Assembly: GCF_018350175.1 (NCBI RefSeq)
Contig: NC_058369.1
Span: 9,052,001 to 9,116,000, forward strand
Direction of reading: 5' to 3'
Length of the DNA stretch: 64,000 nucleotides
From: Felis catus
Lineage: Eukaryota
Numbering within the stretch: position 1 is the first letter of the stretch; the number at the start of each line of letters is the position of its first letter. The position numbers were made by a program, and so were the translations under genes. A model generated the notes under the pieces. That model was not told the DNA's origin, did not search any database, and saw only the letters and a program-made list of their open reading frames with translations. Positions 18,801 to 63,500 of the stretch are shown here, one piece after another.

Positions 18801-19409
18801 AGGTTAACAACCCCTTTCTGGAAGGTTGCAAACAATTCTGCTCTCCTTAGGACAGCCATGTGGGTGATTCCTCTGATTCTCCTTAACCCATCTCTGCCCA
18901 CCTTCTGCTTCCTGTCCCAAGGTCCTCACTGGTGTCCCTTATCTCCAGTCTCGCCTCCTCCCTATCCTGCTTGCAAGGGCAGGCAAGAGTGTCAGTCTGA
19001 TGGATCTTACTCTGTGTAAACCTCCATGGCTTTCACATCCCTTATGATTGGGTCCAAGGGCCTTTGTCTGGTGTTCAAGGCGTTCTGTAATCTGACCCCA
19101 CCTCCCATGCTCTGCTCCAGGCTTGCTGAGCAGCTGGAAGTTTCCAGAACCTGAAATCCCCAGGCCCCCTACTTGAAATGCCCTTCCCTATGTCTTGGCC
19201 ACCTGCCTGGAGATCCTCCAAAGGCTTATCTACTTTCTTCCTTGCATTGAATGCCTGCTTATTCTTGTCACAATACAGTACATAACAACTGATAACGGAC
19301 GATGCCTACATTTGTGGAGTGTTAATTACGTACCAGGCACTTTCTAAGTATTATACTTGATACCCCTCCCATTAGAAAGTGGAGTTTAGAAGCTTCCTGT
19401 TGAATATGA

Positions 19410-19798
19410 GCTGGCCCTGGCAACACAACTTCAGTGGATAGAAAGCGGAGGTGACACTGGTAGAGAGGAGACAGCTCTGACCTTGGAATATTTGTCCTTG
19501 GAACCCAGCTGCCATACCGTGAGGAAGCCCAAACCGCAGGGAGAGGACACGCCACAGGGAGAGGACACGTGTCGTGACGCCGGTCGGCAGCCCCAGTAGA
19601 GATTCGAGGCAGAAGCCAGTGCCAGCCACCAGATGTGAGTGAGGAAGCCTTTAAGGTGAGCCCAGCCCCAGCCAGTTTCTGCAATTGCATTAGATAACCT
19701 TGAACAAGAACCAGCCCCAGAACCGTGAAAGAATAACAATTGTTGTTGCCTTTTACCGCTAAGTTTGGAGTTGTTACACAGCACCGTATAACCAGAAC
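19410..19798 (-). mobile_element. MaLR (MLT1-like) LTR remnant
   Basis: GAACCCAGCTGCCAT..GAGGAAGCCCAA..CCAGATGTGAGTGAGGAAGCC..TAAGTTTGGAGTTGTTACACAGCA..ATAACCAGAACA. Orientation is opposite to the two LTRs above. Confidence 0.7.
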
Positions 19799-20230
19799 AA
19801 CTTGCATTAACTGATTTAGTTCTTCCAACAACCCTAGGAGAGGGAATGGCTGGGCAACGTTCCCAAAGTTACAGCATGAGTAAGCGGTAGAACTGGGATG
19901 TGAACCCCGGTAGACGTACTACAGAGTCAGGGTCATAGCCCTCAGTCTCTGTGGCCAATATATCTTGATTCCCTGCCCAGCACTCCCTTCTCTTCTGGCT
20001 CCAGCACCTGATTTTCCTTTGGGACCACTCCTCCCACATCCTCAGTCCATACGGTTCAGATGGAACTGAGCCCACCTTGGGCCTCAGGCACAAGCCCGTA
20101 ACCCATTATCAGGCCACCTTTGGGCACCACGATTGGTTTGGTGATGGGCTCATAATGAAACTGGATCATTGAGTGCCAGCACTGGAAACTTTGCTGGTTT
20201 TACAGAGAAATAGAAATAGACCCACTGGAA

Positions 20231-20394
20231 GGGTGCCTGGATGGCTCCGTTGGTTAAGCATCTGACTTCAGCTCACGTCATGATCTCACAGCTTGTGGGT
20301 TTGAGCCCCCTGTCGGGCTCTGTGCTGACAGCTTAGAGCCTGGAGCCTGTTTCAGATCCTGTGTCTCCGTCTCTCTCTGCCCCTTTCCTGCTTG

Positions 20395-20437
<43 letters not shown>

Positions 20438-20477
20438 GAATAAACATTTTTAAAAATTACAAAAAAGAAAGAAAGAA
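20231..20477 (+). mobile_element. Can-SINE with 19-bp TSD
   Basis: AGAAATAGACCCACTGGAA at 20212-20230 and 20478-20496. Confidence 0.92.
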
Positions 20478-21302
20478 AGAAATAGACCCACTGGAATCAT
20501 GTAGTTGCTGGTCCATCTTAGCTACTGTGAGGAGATCCTGTCCAAAAGTATAGCCAAGAAAAAGATACAGATAGATTCCTAACATTTAAGGACCTGGATA
20601 CAGCCAATCCTGAAGCTTATCACTGTTGGCTAGAGATACTTTGAACTGAGTTTCTCTTGCTTCTGAAAGAGGCCTGCTACTCTCCCAGTGAGGCATTTCT
20701 CTTCTATCCCATCTTCCTGGAGGGCAGAGAATGGGCCTGATCTACCTAACTCAGAACAGGAGGCATCCGTCAATCGTGTCCTATTGGACAGAACTAAAAG
20801 GCACACTGCCCCTGCTTTACTGGTGAGGAAACTGAGGCTGTCATAGGGCCTGTGTATAGGAGGAGGAGGATTAGGAGTAATGCTTACATCCCAGATTTTA
20901 AATGAGTCAAGTCATTTGAGGTCGAGGACTGGGATTTGGAAGAAAGGGAGGAAGAAGGAAGGGGGTGTTATGCCAGCCACTGTTGGGTCTGCTTAGAAGG
21001 GAGGGCCATGAAGCTTGTCTTGAGGTGTGTACAAGTCAAGGAGCTTCTTGGGCCTCGTGGCACACACTTGGGGAGCATACCTCTTGCCCTTGTCAGCCCC
21101 TCTTCTGGACCCCTTTCTGTTTCTGACACCTGGATATTCCAAGTTATGAAATTGCTCACAATATAGGCTGTCATTTACATGTTAGTGTGAATCACTTATT
21201 AATTCTCAGACCTGAGGCCTCTGAAGTGACATTTCTGGCAGCTATCCTTCCCGCCTGTTTTCCCAAGAAGCAGCCACATCACAGTGCTTTCGAGCTGGCG
21301 AC

Positions 21303-21308
21303 TTTATT
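21303..21308 (-). terminator. RTBDN poly(A) signal AATAAA
   Basis: TTTATT on + strand, about 200 nt past the RTBDN stop. Confidence 0.75.
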
Positions 21309-21505
21309 CAGTGGGGGAAGAGGGGAAAATGAGCTAGAGTTGGGCTATTTCTCTAATAACCTGGAGAAGGGCTAGTCTCTGGGACTCCAGAAGGAGGGAC
21401 AGGTCTTTGGAAACTAGAAAGCGGAGAGGGAGAGGGGTGGCGCTCTGGGTGTCTTGGGCCGGGTGGGGAGAAGGGACACATCTTCCATCCAAGGCCCAGC
21501 GCCCC

Positions 21506-23962
<2,457 letters not shown>

Positions 23963-24544
23963 TCAGGGTGACACTCTCCTGATGCCTACTCAGGAGACAG
24001 TGCAAGGCAGAACAGAGAATGAGCAGTTGATGAGGAGCCAATGACCAAGGACCTCCAAATGCCAGGGGGCCACCAAGTCCTGCCTCTGACCCAGGAGCCC
24101 CTTCTCCCCCACCAGACTCACGTCCCCTCCATCCCTTTAGGCCCAATGCGTCCCACCCTCTGGTTTGACCGCAGTTCCCCTCCCCCTCACACCCAGCAGG
24201 ATCTCCCACCCTGTCAACCCTCAGGTGACTCCCGCTGTCTTCAGAACTAAAGGGACACCCCAGCTCTTTCAATCTCCCTCCTCTGTCCAGCAGTTCCTCC
24301 TGCTCTTTTGCCCAGTCTCCTCCCTCCCTCTTGATCCCTGCTGGCTCCTTTCATGGTCACCTTCTCTCGGCCCACAATCGGCTTAGGGGCTTCCACTATG
24401 GCTGGCCCTTTGGAGCCAAGCTTGGGTGTGGCAGGACTCGAGTTTTGCTGCTGGAATCCAAAAGCCCCGGGGTAGGGGAAGCTGAGGGTCTGTAGGGACA
24501 AGACAATTCCCTCCCCTCCCCTGCCCTCTTGGGCTACCCCTCAC

Positions 24545-24760
24545 CTGTTAAGTGAACTGAGGTCTAGGGCGCTGCTGAGACACCTCAGGGTCAAGTGCAA
24601 GAAAGAGTGACAGCCAGAGGGGGTGTGGTCTGACGCAGAGGAGGAGTTTCCCATGGCCCCACCCCCTGCCCCAGCTGACCAAAGGCCGGTGGCCCTGGGA
24701 CTGCTGTGTATATATCCTTGCACTGAGCATTATGTTGAGATTGTGGTTTAAGCTCAATCT
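24545..24760 (-). promoter_or_regulatory. Probable proximal RTBDN non-coding first exon and promoter
   Basis: Donor CAG|GTGAG at 24545/24544. TATA-like TATATA at about 24709-24715. K50-homeodomain (CRX/OTX)-like TAAGCT at about 24749. Confidence 0.5.
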
Positions 24761-24865
24761 GTGTGTATATGTGTTGGATGAGAGTGTGTTTGTATGGCTG
24801 TGTGTGCGTAAAGCATGTGTGTTTGTTGGGTGAGGGTATGGTATGTGTGAGTCTTGGTTGAGTGG

Positions 24866-24906
<41 letters not shown>

Positions 24907-25880
24907 TGTGCAAAATCTGGCTAAGGAGACCTGTATGTATCTCAAGCCAAGTGTGTCCAATTGAGTCAGATATAATAAATGTGAAGGACGGGGAAGCAGG
25001 ATTAGGCTGGCTGTCCTGTGACAATGTTGTGGATAAGTCAGTGGATAAAGGTTTTTGGCCATGAATGTTGACCATTAGTGAACACAAAGGGGTGTTTATG
25101 TGTGTGGAGAGAGTATGTGTCTGCATCCGAAACGTATGTGTGTGTTTCTCTGCAGTTTCTGTGAATGCAAGTTTCTTACAAACATTCCCTCAATTCATCC
25201 ATCCATTCAACAAATGTTTGTTGAGCAGCTGTTGTGTGCCAGGTCCTGGGGATGAAGTAGTGACCAAGAAATGAATATCTCAGCCTCACAGAGCTGACAT
25301 TATAGTGGGAGAGTCGGTGAGAGGAACAGTCCTGCAGTGGATATGTGAGTGTGTGTGTGTGTGTGTTCACGTGTTGTGTAGGGAGGATACTGTGTGTGCT
25401 GGAGGAGAGTTTGTGTGTAGCTGAGCTGAGATTGGTTTGGTATGATTGTGTTTGTTGAGTGTTTGTACATGTTGTCTGTATGTCTGTATTCACTGCGTGT
25501 GTGTATATCTGTGTTTTCTAACACTACCGTGTTTGCATACGTGTGTCTTTGCAGAGTGTGAGTTGATGTGTATATGTGTTTGTGTGTGTCTGTATTTGCT
25601 GATTTTGTGTTTGCATTCTGTGTTAATGTGTTGGTAAAGGATTCAGTGTGTCTGTGTTTGCTAAGTGCATATTTGCAATGTGTATGTGTTTGTGTGTGAG
25701 TCTATGTTTGCGGAGAATGTGTTTGTATGTGTGTGTATTTTTGACAAATACATATTTGCAGAGTGTGTAACTATGTGTATGTGAGTCTGTTTCCTGAGCA
25801 TGTGTTGGTATGTTCGTGTTCGTGTATATATGTGTAGCGTGTGTGTGTGCCTGTGCTTGTAGTGTGTGCATGTGTTTTTG
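24760..25880. repeat. (TG)n microsatellite and degenerate TG-rich low-complexity region
   Basis: Pure (TG)n at about 24869-24910 within a long degenerate TG tract. Confidence 0.85.
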
Positions 25881-26233
25881 TGAGCAATGACCACTACCAC
25901 ATATCTCCCTGTCTTATCAGGCTAATGCAGAGTTTTTTTCTGTCTCTTTCACTATGGGACGCTCAGATCTCAAAACACTACTGTGCACATAGTGCGTGCT
26001 CAGTACGTGTTGAGTAAATGAGCCATTTAGGAGGTGCTGTCTCCTGGCCCCTAATGGGCACCCACTAATGTCCTATAGGCTTCAGAAATCAAGATATAGT
26101 GGATCTCACCTTCCCCTTGTCCATTTTTGGGTAGGCCAGGGTGCTCGTGTGTCAAATATGTCCAGGCTTTGGGCTATGCCTTTCGCCAATCCTTTCCCTC
26201 CCCTGACCTCAGCTCCCAACGCTGCCCTCGGAA

Positions 26234-26282
26234 TTCAGCACCGTGGACAGGAGCGCATGAGATCAGCACCACGGAGAGCTCC
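26234..26282 (+). promoter_or_regulatory. Tandem pair of RE1/NRSE (REST) elements
   Basis: TTCAGCACCGTGGACAGGAGC 26234-26254 and ATCAGCACCACGGAGAGCTCC 26262-26282, versus consensus TTCAGCACCACGGACAGCGCC. Confidence 0.85.
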
Positions 26283-26687
26283 CACGAAGCCAGCTCTAGA
26301 AGGGGTGACAAAAGCGGAGTCTGGGCCTTCGACAGAGAAGTTTGAGAAACAGACTCAGCGACATGGCAAACAAACATGCCGACAAACAGGAAAACATTGA
26401 AATAACTCGGGCAAAGGCACAGAGATGAGGAAACAAGCGTCTGGGGAACACCTGGACCTAGACCTTGCCTTGCCGTCGCCCTCATTGGCCGGCAGGGGTC
26501 GCTTCCTTCAGTGACCGCGCCCTCCAGGGCCTTCCTGGCCAATTATGGGCCAGGACCCTTGGGAAGCCCCTTTCCCACCCTGCCCCCCCAAAGCCTAGAC
26601 TTGGAGTGGGGAGGTCACCGACGCTTTCCGCACCAACTCTGGGAAGCATAGTCGGCTTGGTCTCAGCTGTAGGAACACTACGGGTGT

Positions 26688-26689
<2 letters not shown>

Positions 26690-26731
<42 letters not shown>
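26690..26731. repeat. (TG)~21 microsatellite
   Basis: Uninterrupted GT run. Confidence 0.95.
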
Positions 26732-26734
<3 letters not shown>

Positions 26735-27589
26735 ATCGCTTCAGCTGCCCCCCTCCCCAACTACCAGCTAATCGCCCCTATAAATATAGCGCAGCCTGGC
26801 CTGGCTACTTAATCCTGACGGTGAGGGAGGGGGTCGTTAGAGGGGCTGCAGGACTCCCTGAAGAGGCTCTGGTTGGGAAGGGGGGCTTATAGGCATGCAA
26901 AATGTTTTTCTTTGGGAGCATCTCCCGCGAGGATGGGTGTCCTCAATGTAAATGTCACTCTGTAAGAATGTACCTTCTCGAGATGTGGAGGTCTCGTGGG
27001 TGGGGGCAATTTCCCACAAAGAATATGGCTTTTAGGAGGTCTTCCGTTGGGGGTGTCTTCACTAGGCTCCCCACGTTCACCCGTGGGGATTTTTCTCTGC
27101 GGAAATGTCTCTTCTTGGGGGCAGCAGGGGGCTTCTGAGAGGCAGCGTCACCTCTCAGAGACCATCTGTCTTAGGAATGATTTTCAGGGTGAGGGGAGAG
27201 TTCCTGATTGGAGAGGGCGTCCCCGTGGAGACTATCCATCCATGGGAATGTGTCTCCCTGAGGGGGTCGCTGCGAGGAGGGGGGAGGGTTCCGCGTAAGG
27301 AATATATCTTAGTGAGAATGTCTGTCTCCCTTGGGTGTTTCTTGGGTTGAAAGTCTCTCCATGGGCATGTTTCTCTCCTGGAGTGTCTCTCCTCAAAGGT
27401 GTCTCTTCCTAGCTTGGCTCCCTTGGGGGCATATGGAAGCTTCTCCCTAGCTTACCCCCTCCCGCCCCTACCCTCCCCCCCGCCCCCCCTAGCGCGGGCA
27501 GCCTTGGCCGAGGCCGGGCTCGGGCGCCCAGACGCAGTGACGGCGCCGGGTCCGCCCCACTTTGCTCCGCCCCCGCCACCCCCCCCCCC

Positions 27590-27620
<31 letters not shown>

Positions 27621-27719
27621 GGTCCCCGCGGCTTCTCACTCCCTCCCTCTTCCCTCCTCCCGCCGCCGCCGCTACCGCCACCTCCCTCCTCCCTCCCCGG
27701 GGCCGAAGCCGCCGCCGCC

Positions 27720-54615
<26,896 letters not shown>

Positions 54616-54673
54616 CCCAGAGGGCCGCTGGCTCTGCTCTGTACAGCCACCTGTATACATATGTACACATATA

Positions 54674-54679
54674 AATAAA
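54674..54679 (+). terminator. MAST1 poly(A) signal AATAAA
   Basis: About 60 nt after the stop, followed by GT-rich sequence. Confidence 0.85.
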
Positions 54680-54974
54680 GTGTGTCTGTGCTGTGTGAGC
54701 TTTCTGGGGCTCACCCCACCTCCCCTGGCGGGGCAAGACGTCGGGTTTTAGCCCCCTTGCCTGTGTGCGTCTTGAGGGACGGAATTCCAGGCCTGGTTAC
54801 CAAAAAGAGGAGAGGTGAGTCTTGGGTGGACCCGTCCTTGTGGTCCCACTTCGGGTCTCACTTATGTGCCAGCTGCCCCCCGACCTTCAGGGAGAGAAGG
54901 GCTGCAGCGTGGCTTGGAGTCCCAGCGTCCACTGGAAGACAAAAAAAGTTAACAGCGCCATCCGCCAACTTCTT

Positions 54975-54980
54975 TTTATT
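54975..54980 (-). terminator. Probable DNASE2 poly(A) signal AATAAA
   Basis: TTTATT on + strand, about 120 nt past the DNASE2 stop. Confidence 0.65.
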
Positions 54981-55100
54981 TCTCAACAGTCCTGAGTCAG
55001 GTATTGTGACTCCCATCTTGCAGATGAGTAGACTGAGTCAGAGGTTAAGGCACATAATTAAGGTCACACAGTTAGGAAGGCATTGAACTGGGGTTCAGAC

Positions 55101-57260
55101 TCAGGTCCCAACTGGCTCCTGAGCCTTAGCTCTTACATGCGCTACTGGGCTTCCTGGAAAGAAGGCTCTGTTCTCTCTGCAGGGCTTCCAGGCCTTCACC
55201 AGAGGCTGGAAGGCCTTCCAGAGGGCCGGCAGCCGGGCACACAGTGTGCCCCCACCCCGGTGCTCCTCTCTGATGTTCCGATTCATGTCACCCACACAGG
55301 CCCAGGGCCCCTCTGGGGTTACACACCACTTGGAGTGGTCTTCTGTGGCACTGAAGGTTGGCCCAGCTGGCCCAGGGAAGGCTATCCGAGTCACATCCAG
55401 CACATGCTGGGCCCTGGAGCAGTTGGAGGGTAGGATGCCATGAGAGTTTTGCCAGAATTGGACCTGCAGGTCACTGCCAAGGGCTTCTGCCAACCAGCCA
55501 GAGTACAGGTCTGTGGAGGACGGAAAAAGGGCATGGACAGGGTCAGGGTCATTGCTAGGGCCAATCTCCCCTCTCTGAGCTCAGTTTCCGCAGTTGTCAA
55601 TTCCTGGAAACCCAGGGAATTGTAACATTAAAAGTTATAGCCCTTACCAAATGCTTTATGTGCATTGCTTCATTTGTAACAATCCTTTATCAGTATCCCC
55701 ATTTCTCATATGGGTTAAACTGAGGCTCTGGTTAAAACACACACCACATAGCCAGAAACCAATATGTGAACCAGGTCTGTTGGTTGTCTACCAACATTTG
55801 ATTGTGGCTCCCAAAGAGTCCTAGTCCCTATTCCTGACTTGCCCTCAGCCATGGACACGCTAGACAGCCCCTCTGCAGAAAAAGAGTTTGGCAACCCTCC
55901 ATCTCCGGACTCACCATCTCCAAATTTTCCAAATTTGGCAAAGCTCTGGAAGGTGTCCCCTGCCTTGGATGTGAGTGTTACACTGCTGTTCCAGGGGCTT
56001 TGGAGAACATGCTGGCCATTGACCACCTTCTCCAGGCTGGGGACTTGCTGAGCGAAGGCCTCATCTAGCTTGTGGTCATACACTAGGGGGTAGGTGTAGG
56101 TCAGCTGTCTGCCTGGAGGGCAAAGGTGGAGAAAATGAGGGACTATTCCACATTCTGGCCTGGGAATCAGGGATTCACTTTGCCTCCCTGTCCACACTCA
56201 CCAATCTTCGAGAATTCGGTGAGGGGAAAAGACACACAAAGCAGGGTCTGCCCATAGATTTGGGCGTTGGGAGGCCAGCTGTATGCAGCAGAGAAGGCAG
56301 GTGGAGGGAAGCGAGGAACGCTGTGGACCAGCCAGAAGCCCCCTTCTTGGTCCAGGAGCAGCACACCTGAACCAGAAGACAGGGTTCAGGAGGACTGTTT
56401 AAGGCATCCCAACAAACACATGTACCACCAGGAACAGCCTCAGTTTTCGGGGGGCCTGGGGAAGGTGTGGGCAGTGTGGAGATCACTGCTGAGCTAGCTC
56501 ACTTTCCGCAGCTGTCAATTCTCACAGTCAAAAAGAAAGACCATGTTAATATAAAATGAGGAAGCAAGGGTCCAGAGTCTGACAGAGCACCCCCCGCCCC
56601 TCTGGTTAGATCAGGGGTTAGGGGTTAGGTTAGGGGTTGGGGAAAATGCATGGGAAAACCAGAGCTCTTCCCCAGCCCCAATCCGGGCCTCACCCTTCGT
56701 GTGTCCCCGACTGGAAAAGTCCTGAGCCCTACTGGAGTTAGGTGGCTGGTCGTTGTAGAGCAAGAAGGCGAGCTGGGGGAGATGGATGGGGCAACGTGAA
56801 GTTTCTCCCCCAGGCCGGGCCCTGGAGTCCCATCCCAGGTCCAGCCCAGGAGCCCCTTCACCTGGCTGGTGTTCCGGTACAGCGGCAGGAGGCTGCGGCC
56901 CACGGCCCCCGCCGAACTGTTGATGGGCCCCGCGCCATCGCGCCAGCCCCCGGAGTCCTTATCCATGTACTTGTATCGCAGACCGCTCTGCGCCGCATCC
57001 CCGGGCCCGCTCTCGGCTGGCAGCTTGTAGACGACGAACCTTGAAGTTGAGGAATGGACAGTAATGGAGGGAGGAAAAGAGAGGAAACTCCAGGCTTCAT
57101 TCACCCAGGTGTGCAGCGACCCCCAGGCCAACCCCGGGAGGGGGTCGGCGCCTGCGCACTCGTACCAGTCCACAGGCTGCCCCGAGTCCCCGTAGCAGGT
57201 CAGGGTCCTTACAGGGACCCACAGCAGCGCGGCCAAAAGCAGCGAGGTCAGCGTGGTCAT
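55101..57260 (-). CDS. DNASE2: Deoxyribonuclease II alpha (lysosomal, PLD superfamily), 374 aa
   Basis: Exons 57260-57166, 57039-56862, 56772-56694, 56366-56202, 56112-55915, 55510-55101 (1125 nt in phase). Signal peptide then [20 protein letters not shown]; catalytic GHTKG and DHSKW; WLVHSVP; CVGDMNRN. Confidence 0.97.
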
Positions 57261-57299
57261 GGCGATTGTTCGGGTCGAGGAATCTGCGTTGGGACCGCG

Positions 57300-57660
57300 G
57301 GGCACCAGGTCACGAGCTGGGCCGGGCCGGTCCCTAGGCAAATTTCACTTCCCCAAACAGCCTGCGAACTCCAGCCAGGACCTCATGAGGCTGGAGACTC
57401 CGCCCACCAAGTGAAAAGCAGAGATTTGAAAGTCAATTAGGGGCGCTCCGGGGGCGGTGCTTCCTTTCTGAAGGTCACTCCCCTCAGGCGCCCCTGGCCG
57501 CTTCCCGCTTCCAGCGCATTCAACCCGAGATACGCTACCCCTGTAGCCTCGGCTCAGGCCACGCCCCCGGTGGCCAGGTGGTTTCCCGAGTCCCGCCTTC
57601 GACTCTTCTCCCGGCCAATCATGGCTCACATCCCTCCGCTAGGCCCCGCCTCCGTCTCTT
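57300..57660 (-). promoter_or_regulatory. DNASE2 promoter (ETS-IRF composite, KLF site, CCAAT, GC boxes)
   Basis: GGAAGTGAAA on - strand 57343-57352, CCACGCCC 57559-57566, CCAAT 57615-57619, CLEAR-like GGTCACGAG at about 57308. Confidence 0.6.
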
Positions 57661-58407
57661 TCTCCTCGGGCTAGTCTCAAACCACACTCTTCCGCCAGGA
57701 CCCCATTCCTTCCCCGGCTCCTGGGTTAGCCGCAAATTTGGATTTTTTCCTCTCTTGCTTTACAATCTGAGGTCCAACTCTTGTGACCTTTGCTCTTTTA
57801 AGGGGCGCTTGTGCTCCTGATCCTCTCTTTTTTCATTCCACATGTTCTCCCGGGGTCCCCTGAGCTAGTCAAAGAATTACATTGGATCATGTCTGGGTGA
57901 AGGGTACTGAGACTCTGGGACCGGGCCGAGGGGCTCTTAAACAGCGGGAGACGGTCCCAGTGAATATAACCGGGGCTCAAGGGAGGAGATAAAGGCGATG
58001 TAACCTGATCTTGGGGTGTGGTGGTGAGGGGCGGCAAAGCCTACAATGCCAAGAAGGGTCGCTGAAGTTTAGGAGATGAGGGTGTGAAGGTGTGTACGGC
58101 CCCCAATGTCACCCCTGAGGATACAGCTTCCTCCCGTCTTCCAGCACCCAAAACCCACAAAGTCAGGCCAACGCTGAACCTTTATCTGGGAAGGGCATTG
58201 GTACAGGACCCATAACCATTCACAGCAGATCCAGGCACTATGCAGAGCTTCATTAGTCACGATGTGAAGTCCCCTGCTAGGCCCAGTGTCTCTGGGAAGC
58301 CTCACCCCACAACCCCCAACTCCCACTGCCCAGGGCGTCTTGTAAACTGGTCTGAGGGTCCAGCTCTCTGAGGGTCTGTCTCTCTGTCCGAAGTGTCTGA
58401 GAGTCCA

Positions 58408-58413
58408 TTTATT
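58408..58413 (-). terminator. KLF1 poly(A) signal AATAAA
   Basis: TTTATT on + strand, about 250 nt past the KLF1 stop. Confidence 0.7.
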
Positions 58414-58659
58414 TGGAGGGTTGTCTCGTTGTGTTTGTGTGACCACTGGATGTCTCTGTGTGGCTCCCTGTGGCTGAGGACGTGTGGGAGTTTTGGCTGG
58501 AGGCTCCCACAGGTCTGTCTATGGGCCAGTCCTTGATCTTTGGGTGGATCTGTGGGACTGCGAATCCGGGAGAGGGTCCATCCGAGGAAAACCACCCTGC
58601 GTGGATCTGCTCTTGTTCCATCCCCAATCCCCAGGAAGGTCCAAGTGTTGGGGCAGGGC

Positions 58660-61785
<3,126 letters not shown>

Positions 61786-61884
61786 GGCCGGCTGGTGCCC
61801 ACCCTGGGCCTCAGGCCTCCTCTCCCTCCGTGGCCTCGTGGGCTCTGAGACACCAATGGCCCCTTGGAGGGCTCTTCTCTGCCC

Positions 61885-61915
61885 TCAGCTGATTGGCTAC
61901 AATCCCTGATAAGAG
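61885..61915 (-). promoter_or_regulatory. KLF1 proximal promoter (GATA and CCAAT)
   Basis: TGATAA 61907-61912 and ATTGG 61892-61896, about 110 nt upstream of the ATG. Confidence 0.75.
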
Positions 61916-62282
61916 GCAGGCAAGGCGGGGGGTCACCGTTTCTGGGGAACAGACCTCATCTCAGCCTCCTTAGGGGCTGGGCCTTAAGGACTGACCCCGT
62001 ATGCAAAGCCAAGTCAGGTGTTCAGGGGCTGGGGGTTCGGAGGTTGAGGGTTCAGGTGTCGGGTAAAGTGAGGCACCGAGTCCCCACAAAAAGAGAGACT
62101 TGGGCGTCTGTTCTTAGTTACCTTCCTGTAGGAGGGGATAACAGACAGAATGGGGGTCCTGGGAAGGGGCTTCAAGTCCCCCTTTCCCCTGACCACGGCC
62201 TTGTAGCTCTCCCCCTCCCCACTAAACAGCAGTAACCTTGCTGATGGCGGGATTCGGCACGAAGTCCTTGCCAAGCGGAGCA

Positions 62283-62317
62283 TTATCAGACGGCCCAGAT
62301 GTTGGACGCTGTTATCA
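62283..62317. promoter_or_regulatory. KLF1 upstream GATA-E-box-GATA enhancer (EHS1-type)
   Basis: TTATCA 62283-62288, CAGATG 62296-62301, TTATCA 62312-62317. Confidence 0.8.
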
Positions 62318-62749
62318 GGTGGGGGCCCAGAAGAGCCAAACTCTGTTCCTGACGGGCAGGAGGGTTGGGGGCTGGGGCTTCAGGTTAGGTTGGTTTGAAA
62401 TTGCCTGGATTGTGAGTTTCCAGGGTCGAGCCCGGCGCCAGGAGGAGCCCCTGACAAACAGCTGCCACTGTCTGCCGTGCCCTCCCTCGCCCCCACCGTG
62501 GTGCCGCACGGAGTAGGGTGTGTGAAGGCCGGGGCCACCGCAGCCACCATTGCTCTGATGCGATGGGGCAGGGGAGATGACCTCCCCTCCTGCGTGAAAC
62601 GGGACACTCAAGTACCTGAATTACAGGAGGCCCTCACAGCCACCCCCCTGCTCTGGGCCTGGCTGACGTTTGGTTCCTGCCCCACATGGGGGAGGAATCC
62701 AAGGTTGTGCACCAGGGACCTCCGGTGTTGTGTCCTGGGAGGCTGGGTG

Positions 62750-63500
62750 GATGATACAGACACGCGTCACAGACACGCAGCTGACAATCATATGCACACA
62801 CAATGTGCAATTCCACAGTGACACAAATTCCTGGTTCTTCCGTCACACGGACCGTCTAGTCCCGTGGCATGTGTAAGTGTGTGTGTGTGTGTGTGTGTGT
62901 GCGTCGCACGGACACACAATTCCCAGGCACAAACCACACCTATACACCACACTGGCCACACAATGTTGTAGTCACACAATCTCTTAGACACAGAATTCGT
63001 AATCACGCGGACGGGTGCTGACGCACTCACACACCGCTACAACACACAATCGCATTGACGTGATTTTGCCACAACCGAACGGACACACAGATATCCTTGG
63101 ATATGTTCTCACAGAGCTACAGAAGATTCAGTTACACGACCCCCACGAAACACAGATGTAGCCTCCAGACACAAAAGCATAAAACACCCCCCCCCGCACA
63201 TAATCATTCACAAACACACAATGATGTAGCAACGCACACAGCTAAACATCAGACACAGACACGATCATGCCCAGCATCATATAAAATCTGCAACCTTACG
63301 TCTTCACGCCACCTGTCCCTGCCCCAGTTTGTAGTTAGTCACACAACTGCCCAGCTACCAAATGCCCCCCCCCAGGCACACCCAGTCAAAGACACACAAC
63401 CGCACCGACATGAAGTCAAACATGCTGATAGTGAAAAGCACACAACCCGGGCCAGCCATAGACACATCGCCACAGACACACGATCTGAGTTTCTGCATCA
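62750..63500. repeat. CA-rich low-complexity region with a (TG)n microsatellite
   Basis: (GT)n at about 62877-62901 within degenerate CA tracts. Confidence 0.75.

Noticed and set aside
24548-25900. His/Thr- or Cys/Val-rich ORFs
   Set aside because: Translations of CA/TG low-complexity repeats.
57261-57341. In-frame N-terminal extension of DNASE2 (MPRDRPGP...)
   Set aside because: Starts at a non-ATG codon within the promoter; ATG 57260 has a good Kozak and starts the signal peptide.
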